A stretch of 64,000 bases of DNA from Octopus sinensis (GCF_006345805.1 NC_043009.1:71920001-71984000); one strand, 5' to 3'. Counted from the stretch's first letter, positions 26,060 to 41,265 are shown. The notes: generated by a model from the letters alone, not told the origin. Program-made: numbers and translations.

Positions 26060-26556
26060 TCTATATATATAAAACTGTAGTTGTGTGAGTGTCTGTCCCC
26101 TTCGATTTAGATTCCTAACTACTCCCACATTTTGCGGTGCAGTTTAACCAAATTCGGGTATCTTATAGTCGTGATTCATATCGAGCCCGTCTGAGTATTA
26201 GCGCGCGTCTACGATGAGTCTACGATTTTAAAAATAATTTAACATCATTTTTTATTCCATTTTAATGCATAATTTTTCGTGTGTCGATGGCGGCGGAGTT
26301 GGCGTCCATGGTCACACCTGCACCTGTTTGCTTCTCCCCCCTTCTTCCCTCCGTCGTGAAGCTGTGGGGAAGGGAGTGTAAAGCATTGTCAAGGAGATCA
26401 GCATTCTTTTAGAGCAACGACTTCATGGCTTGAAGACACCAAAACAGAAATGGCTAAGAAAGCCCGAATTGGCATCTATAAGGGAAGTAACTCTCTAAAA
26501 ATGCTTATATAGTTATTTCCCTTACAAACCCAAGCAACGCCGGGCGATACTGCTAG
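26060..26556 (+). mobile_element. Non-autonomous Helitron (497 bp), intact termini
   Basis: 5' A|TCTATATATATAAAA; 3' CCCAAGCAACGCCGGG hairpin-like motif then CTAG|T. Inserted between A and T with no TSD. Confidence 0.85.
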
Positions 26557-28457
26557 TTAATAATAAAGCAGATCTAAAGAATAGTGTTACTCAACAGTGC
26601 AAGGGGTCTCCCCAAAAGTTTTGAAACCAGAAAAGGGAATACCACCCAAGTTCATGGGAAGTGAACAACTGGTACATTAATGACACCACCAGCAACAAGC
26701 TGGGTGTCTCAGATATAAATATTTGGCAGAGGACCAAAAATTTTGGGAAATGGGGTAAGTCAACTACAGCGACCCCAGTGCTTGACTTGTACTTATTTGA
26801 ATGTACAAACAGATGAAATGCTGTTAAACATTTTGCCCAGTGGGTTAAGGATTCTGCCAGCTAGCCACCTTGATAAGTTTTGGGGAAGACTTGTAGTCAA
26901 TACCATTGAATGACTGGTACTTTATCAACAGCCAATCCTATGGCAGAAGTCAATTTAAAAAAAGAATCTTTGCATATTATTACTGGTACTTATTTTACTG
27001 ACCTGTGAAGATGGAAAGCAAACTTTAACCTGGAGTAATTTGAACTCAGAACATAAAGATTCATAAGTAAATACTATAAATGCATTGATTGCTTAACTCA
27101 TCCTAATAGATCAACAGCAAGTGGTTAATGAGAAAACTAATCCTGGTATTTCAATTGCTGATAATGAAAATATATAAATAGCTAAGATGATGATAGGTAA
27201 GGAAGCTTAATTAATGATTAATGCAATTGATTGTCATGGACATCGTTTACACAGGAGGTGAATAAGTGAACTATCTGATAGAAATCATAGTACCACCCAC
27301 AACAACAATTGACAGACAAACAGTTATACACACACACACACACACACATGCATAAGGAGTATACACATAATAAAGATAATGGGTGCATCATTCTCAGTTC
27401 AAAGCAATACCCAAACTCACGTATGTGTGTTTGTATGTGCATACATATGTGTAATTGAATGCATACATGTAAATCTATGCAAAGTCTAGAGTGCTGATGG
27501 TATGCTCATACACACCAAAGGAATAGGTAAATTATTCAAAGAGCTAAGATATATGCAAAGAGAGGATCACACACATAAATATAAAAAATATCAAGTAAAT
27601 CTGAACAATGTGTGTGCGTGTGTGTATATACTAAAAAATGCCAGTACACATGCAAACACACACAGAGTTTGTTTAAGAGTGTGTGTGTGTGTGTGGTTAA
27701 AAGCAAGTAAGTTGTTTAAAATAGAAAGAGAAGTGCAGGAGACATACTCAACTCTTACACCACAGGTGATAGGGTGCTCAGACAAACCTTATGATCTGAT
27801 TAGGAGTTAGAAATTAAAGAAACCGATAGAGTTCAGTGACAGGCAACTGAGCTTACAGACTCTCATTAGACGTAGGCTTAAGGTTTTGCCAATATTAAGG
27901 ACAACAATATTAATTTCGTCAACGTTTTCAAAGAAAGTCAATAACTGTAAAATAGGAGAGCAAATCTCTGACACTACAGGATCCAATATTATATTGGAAG
28001 CTGTCGAGGAAGTAGACAAACTAAGGATGACAAGGAGTTGGTCTGTCAAATTACTTTGTGTGTGAACATTTTCATTAGTTTTTGTAATGATGGTTACAAT
28101 AGATAGACAATTGTGTTAGAACAGTGGTTTCTAGGACAGGCATAATGTCACCTTTTTAGTAAGGAATAGGTGCAATATATTAGCTCAGACCAAGTACTTG
28201 CCTGGTATTTATCAACCCCAAATGGCTGGAAAATGAAGTTGTCCTCAGTGAGATTTATTTTCATAACAATGTAATATAATTAAATAGTGTAGCTTGACTG
28301 TTTCAGTCAATCCTCTAGCTTTATTGTATTAGAATAAGGATAAAAGAGTTACTCTGTCTATGAGAGGTTGATATGCACATTTAAAACTTAGCTGAGGGAT
28401 AGTTTCTTACAAAAGTACATACATTGTGTCAGATGTCCAGAAGGGATAAAAAACATG

Positions 28458-28516
28458 TGTACCTTATCGATTATGTACCTTATCGATTATGTACCTTATC
28501 GATTATGTACCTTATC
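28458..28516 (+). repeat. 16-bp minisatellite (TGTACCTTATCGATTA) x3.7, perfect
   Basis: Three exact copies plus the partial TGTACCTTATC. Confidence 0.95.
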
Positions 28517-31500
28517 ATGTCTTCAACAACACTTTACAAATATGCAACAATCCAAACAGTTAAGCATTAACCAAATTAACTCAGCTTGGTTTTTTTAATT
28601 CCATAGTCTTGATGCCCATGGGATGAGCCACTGTAGTTTTTTCTAAAACTAACAGAACCTTATTACTATCAAATTTTATTGACTTTTGTTATTGCTTACC
28701 AAATGTTCTCCTGCTTGTTGCAAGGCACTTCAGTTTGGTTGGCAGTGAAAGAGCAAGAAATTATTCAACATTTATTGAGTTGTAAAAGAGAAAGCTTTAA
28801 TGAGGTCATAGTTTATGACTACATACTAAAAACTTTAGTGTTTCTACTGCATTAATTTGGTTTAGATTCTGAAGCCCTATCAAGAAAATTCATTGGGGGG
28901 GGGGGTAAATATTGGTCAGCTGCCATTCTCTACACTACTGGCAGCTCCTTATGTACTAGTTGCTTGATAAATAAACATTAGAGCCCTCACATGGTCACAA
29001 AGTCTACCTGAAACAGCAGCCAAGTCTCCTTTAAATGTAACTATATTGTTTTAGAAATGAAAAGTACTTTTGGATAATGCAGTCATTGGCTTACTGCATT
29101 ATAAACTGATGGGATGGTCACAGCTGGAATGCCAATGATCACAAATTTACCCAGCTAGAGCTGATATGGGGCTAAAACAATTTGTTATTGTACAAAAAAA
29201 AGGTACATTTTGTCTAGAATTTTCTCCTGTGGTTACTCAAATAAATTTATCAAAGAGCAGCCCATCACCTATTAGTAGTTATGTCCAAACTCTGTTGTTG
29301 ACCTGTGGTCATGTTACTTTACGCTAACAATACTTCTGCAGAGATTTACAAACCTTAAATGTCTAGTAATATAAAAATGTCCATGCTATAACTTTGGACA
29401 GAACTACACACTGTCATGAGCCAACAAGAAGGCCTCAATATGGGTGTCTGACCTTCCATGATTAGCAGCCAAATATTCCTCAAATCACACTCTATAGTCT
29501 TGCTGCAGTTTTGTGGAATGAATTGGATAAAAGAGATAAACAAATGCTTTAAACAGAGGTGAGAGAGCAGCAAGGGCAAAATAGTTGCGTATGTGTTGAT
29601 AGGTTCACAACTATTGCAACCAGTAGCTTTAGGTGTGCAGCATGGGTCACTCAGTAGCTGAAAATACATCCAGCTACAGAGACTTATTGTTCAAGAAAGG
29701 ATTGTTTTAACAGAAAATAACAAGTGTTAAGAAGCAAAGTCAAATACTGCATATGAGTGTAAAGAAGTTCCACCATAGCTATTAGTAATCTCGTAAGCTA
29801 ATGTCATGCTTCACATCCTGCTTTCAAGGTTTCAATCTTTTTTCAGTTCATTCTCAAAATATAAATGTCACAGATGACAAGCACAATAAGCCTGACACAT
29901 GTTCAACGTTGAAATATCACTGGACCAATATAAATATGAACCTCTTCACGTGCTGGGACATGTGTAAGAGTTTAACAGAAGGACAACATTAGACTTATAA
30001 AGAAAGTTATTTTTAGCACAAAATGTCAGAGTAGATTGGGTCAAACCTTCCTTCAACTGATCATTACAACTAACTTAGATGTTGCAAGCTGATAGTGGTA
30101 AAAACTCTATTTCTATAGGTATTGGAGATGTGAATATTTGAAGAAGACATTGCAGGTGAAAGGTGTCAACCATCTTAATTATCCAAGATAAAATTATTAT
30201 AACATCAAAAATATTTAGACCATCTTGTATTATATTTGAAGGTATCGACTGGATGGATATGCAGGATATCAAAATACAAGCTCATGAGGAACAGGTTCAA
30301 TCCTACTGCAAGTATTATGTTGAGTTCCTGAGGTGTGATACTTCATCTGTGCTTCAGTTTACCTGATTATTGGGGGATAGGTCTTCTGTGAATGCCAAAT
30401 TCTGCAATAGACATGATACTTTTCAAGAGAAGATGCATTATACACCTGCAGAAACCAAGCAAATCTACAGGTGTAAAGACCAGCTTTTTCAGCTGCTCCT
30501 TATTCTGGAAATATTTATAACTTCATATATTTAATAGGGCTGCCAAGGTTAGCAGGAAAAATGACTAGGGTACTGGACAACCAGTGAAATAAGGGGCACC
30601 AGTTCCCATCCTATCAAAATGGAACTGATTTAACTATAAATAAATAGATAAAAGTATGAGTTGCAGGTTTTGTGCCAGTATCAAAATCTAGGCACAAAAA
30701 GAAGCACAGAATGATAAAAATGATTGCAAGATTGCAATGTCCAATATACATGTGATAGACGAGCAACCTATCCAGAGAAACACTCACTTCCCATTCAGTA
30801 TATGGCAAAGTACAATGCCTGTGACAATAACTGTTAAGAAGTAGGCCTCTATGTAGCTGCTTGACCATCTAGAAGAAGTAACAGACAAATCACCCTCAAA
30901 TCACAGCCTACCATCTTAGAAAAAGAGAGATGCACTGAATAATGTAGTGCTAAATAACCGAAGCTGATTGTGATGATTATGGTTTAATCATATATTCACA
31001 TGATCGATGATGAGTTGGGCTTAAACAATACTAACTAGAACTATTATAAAAACTACTATTTCTAGTACAACTACTAATACCAATGCACGAATAATTGTTA
31101 CTATTATCACTGAATGCATGAGAGAGTGTGTGTGTGTGTGGAGGGAGGTCGTAATGTCTTGTTATTTCTCGTTTGTGACAATGATTGTGACAGTGATGAT
31201 GATGATGATGATGATGCACAGGTAGCTTAACAGAATATCAAGTAGTTTGTATTTGACAAAACACACATGGTTTGACATAAGCAAGCAGAAAAGGAGGGGA
31301 ACGACAATAAAATACAAAATTAACAACAACAAAAACACACACCCTACTATCCCCCCCCCCACACAAAAACTAATAAAAAAAAACAGGTAAGATACACCAA
31401 CTCTGTTTCAAATCGTACAGAAGGACTGCACCAATGCCTGAAGAAGACACACACATAGAGTGAGTGAGTGAGTGATTAGCACATGCATAGTGCTTGAGCA

Positions 31501-31894
31501 GTTATTATCTGCACAGTTAATCTATTTAGTTGTCTTATTCCAATATTGGGAGGCAGTGGAGCACTGAAGGAGAAATAATTGCTTCAATACAATTGTTTAC
31601 ATTAAGTGCTTAATGCTTACCTACATCAGTGAGGATGTATGCGTCAGTGTTTTTGTGTGTGTGCATGCACTGAGTATAACATGGTTTCTTGGAGGGAAAA
31701 ATATGTGCACACACTATTACAAACATGTATGTATATATCTAAAAGTAATTTTGTTATGCAGATGAGCATGTAAATGATATAGATCATCATCATCACCATC
31801 ATTATTTAATGTCTGTTTTCCATGCCAGCATGGGTCGGACGGTTTGACAAGAGCTGGCAAGGCCAGCAGCAACAACAGGTTCCAATTGTCTGCC

Positions 31895-31915
31895 TGTATG
31901 TATGTATGTATGTAA

Positions 31916-31953
<38 letters not shown>

Positions 31954-32232
31954 AATGTGTGTGTATGTATATGTATGCGTATGTATGTGTGTGTTCATGT
32001 CCATATGTATGTGTGTGTGTGTGTGTGCGCGCATATGTGTGTGCATGTGAGTGTGCATATGTGTGTGTGCATATATGTATGTGTGCATTTGTATGTGTGT
32101 GTGTGTGCGTGCGTGTGTGTGTATGTGTGTGTACGTATATATGTGTGTACATATTTATGTGTGTGTACGTATGTATGTGTGTATGTATGTGTGTGTGTGT
32201 GTTTAAGTATGCATGTGTGTGTGTGTGCATCA
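31895..32232 (+). repeat. Compound (TG)n/(TATG)n microsatellite
   Basis: Directly visible. Source of the His/Thr and Cys/Val spurious ORFs. Confidence 0.95.
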
Positions 32233-32363
32233 TTCAGTGAAAGCAAGAAAGACACACAGAAAAGAACATTACTTACTCACACACACACAGAGACACACCT
32301 CCACCCACACACACACACACACAGTCCTAGAATTGGGAAGCCAGGAAAGCAAAGCAACGTTAC

Positions 32364-33654
32364 CTGCATAGCTTTTACGTGGTTTCATCCTCTCTGTAAT
32401 CTTAACCTCGATGATCAGGTTAGTGTGAGACATCTGGTAATGTTTGGCTTCATCCAAGAAGTCCCGACACTCAAAACTTTTCTTTAAAAGGTCCTCAGTT
32501 TCAACACAATCCATAAGGTAACTCACCGGTATAAGGGGCAGTTTGACATGTGCAAGCAGTTTTGGCAAATAACAACGCCGTTTCATTAAGTCTTGTTTAA
32601 CCCATTTCATTACACCCTCATAAACACGAATTTCAGAAGGTACATTAAGGTTCGGTGAACTGACAATGATATCGATGACTTTGTATGGCATGTTGCAGAA
32701 CTCCTCTTGGTCAACTACCTCAAGGAAATGTTCCAATATGTATTCATCTGTTACTTTGACCAATTCCGTACAGCCATGCTGCTCAGCAAAGTTTCTGACA
32801 CCGACACAATTTGTTGGATGCAAATGGTTCTGCATAAATTTGCAGCAGGCTTGTGCAACTGTTTCCATTTGCAAAATGGAAGATGCATATAGAAGTTGTT
32901 GTACATTGTCCACAGTGAGTGTAACTTTAGAGGTGTATGCAAATGTTATGAGGGCTTGAAGACAATGCTCATCTAGATCGTGTATCGTCAGGACACCCTG
33001 CTTGCTCTCTGCCATGTCTGATGTAAACATACCTTTGAAATAGTTACTGACACATGCAAGAACAACCCGATGGCACCATATCGACTTCTTGCCAACTCGA
33101 ATCTCCAAGTCACATAATATCTTTCGATTGTAGAAATCCAAAAGAGCCTTGAAGCCCTCCTGGCAGTGGTTTGAAGCCTCGAATACGATTTCAGAAGCTT
33201 CATTGGAACTTTTGGAATCGATTGATGCTGACGATGAAGATGATACTGATGTTTGTGGGTTTGTAGACATTTTGGTGGCAGCAGAGACTGAAGAACTACA
33301 GCTAGTTGTAGTGAGTGTAGAGATGGTGGTGGTGGTGCTGGTGGTGGTGGTAGTGGTGGTACTTGTTGTGATAGCACTGCTTGGTGTACTGTTGTTGATA
33401 CTGATGCAGATACTGCTGCTGATGCTGACGTTGTTATTACTGCTGCTGTTGCTACTGGTATTGTTGCTGCTACTACAGCTGCTGGCAGTGCAGCCACTGG
33501 AAATGGTCACAGCTGAAGTAGTTGGCTGGGTAACTGGCCACACACAGGGACGACTTGATAAATAATTTTTTCGATTCGGCACGGGTGGTATTGGAGGCAC
33601 TTTTGGTGCTGGCAAGCTATCCTTCCGTCTTGGAAGCGGAGGCACCTCAGACAT
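32364..33654 (-). CDS. KLHL8: KLHL8 orthologue, first coding exon (Pro/Ser/Thr-rich N-terminal extension + BTB + BACK domains)
   Basis: ORF MSEVPPLPRR...EIVFEASNHCQEGFKALLDFYNRKILCDLEIRVGKKSIWCHRVVLAC...CRDFLDEAKHY...KPRKSYA matches the BTB-BACK region of KLHL8 as I recall it (SFIFEANE...CHRLVLAC...PRKHTAG). Acceptor tttttag|G at 33717 upstream of ATG 33654. Donor GCAG|gtaacg after 32364; 1291 nt, phase 1. Confidence 0.93.
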
Positions 33655-36600
33655 GCTAAAGAAATTCTAAAGAATCAAATGACGTCAGAAGAGTGGATCA
33701 AGCTCCAAGCCAGAAGCCTAAAAATAGAAACAAGAAAAGAGACGCATTAATAATATAACCAAAATGTAGAATTTCAGAAGGAAGTTAAGCAACAAAAGTA
33801 TAGAACTATAAAGTTTATAAAGCTATAATTAATAAGATCAGTGACGAAGTTCTAGAACTGGAGCAGGACTAAAGATTCTGAAGTGTTTAGTTATGTCCCT
33901 TTACCTTCTGAGTTCATCTGTTGTCTGAGTCAACTTTGCTTCTCTGGTGTTGATAAAATAATGTAGTAGATGAAATAAAGCATTTAAATACTCAATAAAT
34001 TGTCAATTATTAAGCTGCTTCTTTTCTACTCTATGCTCAAGGCCCTGCCCCCCCCCCCCCATTTTAGGGGTGGGTGGGGGAGGGGGCCAGTCGATTACAT
34101 CAACCTCAGTACGCAACTGTACCTAATTTATCAATCCTGAAAGGATGAAAGGCAAAGTTGACCTCGGCAGAATTTGAACTCAGAATGTAAAGACAGATGA
34201 AATACCACTAAGCATTTTGCCCAGCATGCTAATGTTTCTACCAGCTCGCTGCTTAGTACAAAGGAACTTCTACATCAATAACAAGAAACTTCTTGCCTGT
34301 GAGAGTAAAATTTTTCTATCTGCATTCAAATTCGAAACAGTCGACTGATGAAAACTCTAAATTCATGGAAAATACTTTAAGCCTTAAATCATTTTAATAT
34401 GTGACCTACTTATGCATTTGTGAAATCTGAACTTCATAATTTTTCTCAACATAGATACACCCTCATAGCTTTTTATGCACTTGCAATTCACTTCTGGTAC
34501 TTAAAATAGCTCTCCATTTGTACTAGATATAGCAACCAAATCTTTCTTGAAACATCCTCTAACTTCTTAAAAAACAGCAGTGTAGTCAGTCCTAGATACA
34601 CTATATATGAACAAAAGACAGCATGGTCACAGATCAGTTTTGATCATGCCTACTCAATCAGGGTTGACCTACTAGAATTAGTAACCAAATCTCCATCAAA
34701 TTATACTTTACCATCTTAGAAAAAGGTACATATAGATAATATTATCCAAGATACACACTGCCTATGCTCACAGTTTTGCTCAATCATAGCCAGACTGGGG
34801 CTCAAAAACAACAGGTATCAGTTTATCTCAAAAGAAATAGACAGCATTATTGTTTAACCCCATACCAGCCATGATCACACTATTTTTTTTCTTTCTAAGT
34901 ATAGGGTGCTTTGTAACAAATGTATCTCTTTTAAAGATAGTAGAGCATGGTTTGAAATAGTTTAACTGTTATTTCTAACAGGTCAAGAAACCATGTAGTA
35001 ACTCTTTTGTTAGCTCAAACAGTTAATATTTTAGATGCAGATTATTTGAAACAGATCCAAATTTCAAACCAAACCTTCTTGTGATCTATGGTACAGAGAT
35101 AATAAATTAAACATTTGGGATTGACTCACAACCCTAGCTCATCGGGTATGTCATGCAAATTGTATATTTAGCACTAATCTCTTCAACAACACTGAATAGA
35201 TTTAACAAAGTCAACACTCAGAAATGTGAGATTCTTCACTTCACATGGCAATTAAACTTATCAAATGCTTCCACAAACTATCCCAAGAACTGATTGTTGC
35301 TGACACAGACCATCACAAGCTTTCTGTTTCCAGACCTTACCCTTTTAATGCCAAAGTGCTTATAGACTATCCTAAACTCATTAGAGCCAAGCATTGTAAA
35401 GTATTCATGAAGAAATCCTGTCTTCCGAATTAGGTAAATATAATTCTTTACATTTTATTTTTTAATAGTAAAATGTAAAGAAAAAGTAATAAAACTTTTC
35501 TCAGACCAATTTCCTTACCAGTACCTAACACATGTAGAAACCATTTTCCACACATGTCTCTACAAAAGATTAGACATAAACACCTACACGTACTTACAGG
35601 TATTAAAAAGCAAAGACTCTCTAATTAGAATAGCCCTGCAGGCATGTTCCAGTGTTCCAGTTATGTAAGATGTCATTACCCTGATTTCAACCAATAACTA
35701 GGACATACAGTAACTCTGGCTATTCAAATTCTTCAAATTCCGGATGTCTATTAACTCAGCTCCAAAGTGCTGCTAATCTTATGAACTCATTTGCAATATG
35801 GAAAGGAATAAATTCCATTGCATAAACTGTTTTTCCAGTTATGTCAATCTTCATAAAAATACATTCCTTCACAAACAGTTCATAAACTTTTATTATTCAG
35901 TTTTGTTGCTGTTGTTCAGATTTAGGACAGCCCTGATCCAACTGACCTATAATCAAGGATATTCCAACCATGAGCATCCCCACTTTTTCCTTAGAATACT
36001 GGACATAGGAAGTCAAGTGCTGCCGTATACAACATCTGCTTTCTTCTAAGGTGTTAGGGTATGATGTGGAAAAGTCTATGCTGATATTTCTAACATATGC
36101 CAAGCTCCTTTGTTGGTTAGTAGTGTAGTATAGCATCTGGTTCATTCTATAGCAATTATCCACATGAATTGTTACTGTTGTTTAGTCTCATATCAACCCT
36201 CACCCAGAATAGCTATCAAAGGTGTGAGGGGTTTATTTCCTTTATATTTTAAACAAATACTATATATTTAGGACTATATTGTCCAATATGTCCTTTTTTA
36301 AGATGGTAGGATGTTATTTGAGGGAGATTTAGCAGTTATTTTCTAGCAAGTTAAGCAACAATGTAGCAACTTTCTTACATTGTACATTTCGGTGGCAACT
36401 GGAACAGAGAGTCACCAATAATGAAAATTTAATGATCAGCGCAACCAGGCATGTAAACCATTGGAAATAAAAGAGAGAATCTCTATGTGATTGCTTCATC
36501 TTCTAGGAATGGTCGGCAAATCTTCCAATTAAAAACTAGTTTTAAAAATTAAAGGTAATTTATGTCTGAAGAAATTTTAGAGAATGGCCATGACTGATGG

Positions 36601-36967
36601 AACACCTTTGATCACAAGTCTGCTAAGCTAAAGTTGACTTTGAGAACAATACCATATTTAAAAAACAAAAACAACCAGAATCAACATAGATCAAGATGTT
36701 GATGTACCAAATGAAGTAATAGAGAAACATTTAAATTGAAATTCCCTTTCTTATTGGACAAAGGAAAGACAATTGTTGTGACTCACAAAGAAAAGGAGGA
36801 AATAATTTCAAGAAATTAAGAATTAATTTTTTTTTAAATTTAATTTTTATGCTTAAGAGAAAATCTGATTTTTGTTCACCAGAATGGTGACATCAACAGG
36901 CCATTTCATTGAGCAGCATGATTAAGTAAATAGAGTTTCAGACAAACTTTCAAGTTGTCTGAAACCT

Positions 36968-37002
<35 letters not shown>

Positions 37003-38156
37003 TACACAATTCAATTCACTTGATTAAGTGAGGGTGAAGAAGGAGTAGTGGTGACAGGAACAATAGAGTATGTACAGCCAGTGTCTGTACCGGTAATTAC
37101 ACACACACACACATCCACACTAAACACCATTCACTTTGACATGAGAAATCAAAAACACCTTAAGCAGTTTTATAATTACATGCAATTACAATAATCTTTT
37201 ATTGTCAACCAACATATTATTATTATTATTATATTATTATTATTATTATCTCAGGGCAATTTAAATATGAAGGACAGTTTTAAGCATTTAAATTTAGAAC
37301 AATGAACTATATTCTAGGTCTCAAAAATGACATTACCCATCTTTCTCTTTCACACACACACACACATTAGTTCTTTGTTTCAATCTTAAATTCCTTTATC
37401 TATTTTCCAAATCTTCCATCACATGATGTCAACTTCAATAATAATAACAATAATAATTATTTCAAATTTTTGCCACAAGGGCAGCTCAAGGGAGGTAGGG
37501 ATGAGTCAATTACATTGACCCCAGTGTTCAACTGGTACTTATTTTATCGACCCTAAAAAGATGAAAGGCAAAGTCAACCTCAGCGGAATTTGAACTCAGA
37601 ACGTAGTGGCAGACGAAATACCGCTAAGCATTTCGCCCAGCATGCTAACGTTTCTGCCAACTTGCTGCAGGACTAATAACAATGATAATAATAGCAACAT
37701 CAATATAGGTGGTAGAGAGCTAGTTGATTACATATACCCCACTTAGGCTGAAAAACAAAGTTAACCAATGCAGGGCTTGAACTTATTTGCTGGTGCCATG
37801 TGAAAAACACTTGTGCTGATACCATGTGAAAAAAAAGGACCCATGCTGGTGCCATATAAAAATCACCCAGTACATTCTGTAAAGTGGTTGGTGTTAGGAA
37901 GAGCATCCAATTATAGAAACCAGTCCAGAACAGACTGGAACCTGGTCAAGCTCTTCAGCTGGTTGACTGGTCAAACCATTCAACCCATGCCAGCAGGGAA
38001 AATGAATGTTAAATGATGATGATGAATTTAAAATGCCACAACTAAATATCACAAGGTAATGTATCTAACAATAAAAAATGAAAGTAATGTCTTTTGGCTA
38101 AGTGCAAAACTAGGTTGTTTATTTTGTTTTGTTTTACTAGTGGTTGATCATAGCCA

Positions 38157-38236
<80 letters not shown>

Positions 38237-38739
38237 AGTATATAATACTGATAGTTATTTGAGCTCAGTCTAGTTGGATGAAACTAAATACTGTAATGAA
38301 GGCCTTACTGTTTTCCCTAATTAGGTTAGTATTGGACACATAGAGAGAGAGAGAGAGAGGCAGATATATATATATATACATACACACATACAGTTGTGAT
38401 ACCTGTTCCGGTGGCACGTAAAAAGCACCATCTGAACGTGGCCGATGCCAGCGCTGCCTTGACTGGCTTCTGTGCCAGTGGCACGTAAAAAGGACCCACT
38501 ACACTCACGGAGTGGTTGGTGTTAGGAAGGGCATCCAGCTGTAGAAACACTGCCAGATCAGACTATAGCCTGGTGCAGCCTCCTGGCTTCCCAGAGCTCG
38601 GTCGAACCGTCCAACCCGTGCTAGCACAGAAAACGGACGTTGAACGATGATGATGATGATACACACACACATGCACAGATATAGATATATATGAAGCATG
38701 ATTAATTCATGATCAGAGTTGTTCAAAAAACCGAGGTTC

Positions 38740-38806
<67 letters not shown>

Positions 38807-39142
38807 TATATATAGAAAGACAGAGAGAGAGACAGATAGACAGAAAGAATTACAAATGTAACTTTAGTCAGAGTAAGTTAGAAATCCTATCAAATTTCAA
38901 GATAGTTTTACAATAGAATATAAATGGTTTGTGGCAAGACATTTCAAGATGAAATGATATTCCAAAGAAATTTTAATGTCTAAAAGTCACATGAAGAATA
39001 TAAATATTGGATCACTTTATAGATAATAGTACGGAATGGACTGCATTTATCTCCAAATATAGAACTGATGCTTTGACTGACATTCACACTGTTCACCTTC
39101 AACCAACACTCTTTACCTTCAAATCACACATGCACACACACA

Positions 39143-39213
<71 letters not shown>

Positions 39214-40454
39214 TCACATCCAGACTCACATAGTTTTGAAATTGAAATTTTTCGTCATTTTATGAGAAAACAATCTTTAGAAAAACAAAAACACCCAGCA
39301 AAGGAACTGGAGACAAAGCAAAAAGAAATAATAAATTGTGCTAGGAAAGGTCAACTTTGCAAGTGGCTTTAGTTGGAGAAGTAATTTACTGAGTGGATGC
39401 TTAGAAATCATGGTGGAAAATGTGAAAACTTGTGGAACCACCTGAATCTATGTGCAAAAAAAAATGAAAGAAAGCTGAAATTTTTGATTTTAAAGCAAAT
39501 GTCAGATTATGCACAAGCTTTGCAAGACAGTATATCTTAAAGGTTTGGTAGAGGACAAAGTGAACATAAGACCTACAAGATTACATTTACTTAGTACTAT
39601 GTGTGTTTTCATGCATATATTGGACAATTATTGGTAGTACTAGTGTGTAATTTTACTTATTTTTGTCCTTTATTCCTTTAAGAAATCATTTGGAGTTTTG
39701 CTACTAGTAGAATATTAAATTGGACCTTGACTGGAGAAAATGTTTGCCAACATAATATGGCAGTCGTGGTTTAGGACGAATGTTGCTGCAATTTAGACCT
39801 AGGAGACATCGTCTCCAGCTGGCTATACGACATGATCTGTATCCTTATATTTTCAAACAAGGGAATCTAGCACCTTGACTGTCATCCCCTTACAAATAAC
39901 ATTCATACTAATAATTGAGCCCTTATAATTTAGCCTTTCAAATTTTACATAAACATATGCAGTTTCATTGTTTTACAGATTTGAATCATTACACCGTAGC
40001 CATGCAGGGGCATTGGTTTCAAAGGTTTAGCAAACCATATCAATTCCTGTACTTAATTCAGTCCCTTTATCAAACTGCCAACTTATGTGACCAAGCGATG
40101 CAACACAAACACATTACACATACAGATTTTGCGCATGGTATTTGGTCTACCAAAAGCTAGATATTCCTAAGGGGCCAAATAATGAGATCAAAGTTGGAAT
40201 CACATTGTTTCAAAGTGAATTTCTCAACAACACAGCTATGCCTGCTGCATACACCTAAATATATTATAAGGGGGGGGGGTGAAGTGGGGGAAGAGACGAA
40301 GAACAGACTCAGAAGCCATAAACAATTGTTCAAACAAAATGATACTTGTGAAGATATCTCTCTCTTTCTCTTCACACACTGCCACCAAACGATAGTTCCA
40401 CTTTCTTCTAGAACCTCCCAACATTCCCTAACTTTCTATTTTCAGTAATCACAA

Positions 40455-40928
40455 CTATTTACATATATACATATACACATATATACATATATACATACAC
40501 ATACACATATACATATACATACATGTATATACATATACATTCATGTATATACATATATCATGTATATACATATATATACATATACATACATGTATATACA
40601 TATATACACATATACATATACATACATGTATATACATATACATTCATGTATATAATATATACATGTATATACATATATATACATATACATACATGTATAT
40701 ACATATATATACACATATACATATACATACATGTATATACATATATACATTCATGTATATACATATACATACATGTATATACATATATATACATATACAT
40801 ACATGTAAATACATATATATACACATACACACATGTATATACATATACATAAATGTATATACATATATATACATATACATAGATACATATACATACATGC
40901 ACATACATATACACACACACAATAATAA

Positions 40929-40969
<41 letters not shown>

Positions 40970-40989
40970 GCACATACATACACACACAC

Positions 40990-41021
<32 letters not shown>

Positions 41022-41036
41022 CATGCACATACATAT

Positions 41037-41088
<52 letters not shown>

Positions 41089-41111
41089 GCACATACATCA
41101 CACACACACAA

Positions 41112-41148
<37 letters not shown>

Positions 41149-41155
41149 CACATAT

Positions 41156-41204
<49 letters not shown>

Positions 41205-41222
41205 ATACATGCACATACATAT

Positions 41223-41265
<43 letters not shown>

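Noticed and set aside
28458-28516. CRISPR-like appearance of short repeats
   Set aside because: The repeats are directly adjacent with no spacers, in a eukaryotic context.
30075-30520. Unique-looking stretch with short ORFs on both strands
   Set aside because: Frames are interrupted and I could not assign any family.
32269-32363. ORF-track extension NVALLSWLPNSRTVCVCV of the BTB exon
   Set aside because: Read-through past the GCAG|gtaacg donor into intron.
31717-32487. Overlapping His/Thr- and Cys/Val-rich ORFs
   Set aside because: Translations of (TG)n/(CA)n microsatellites.
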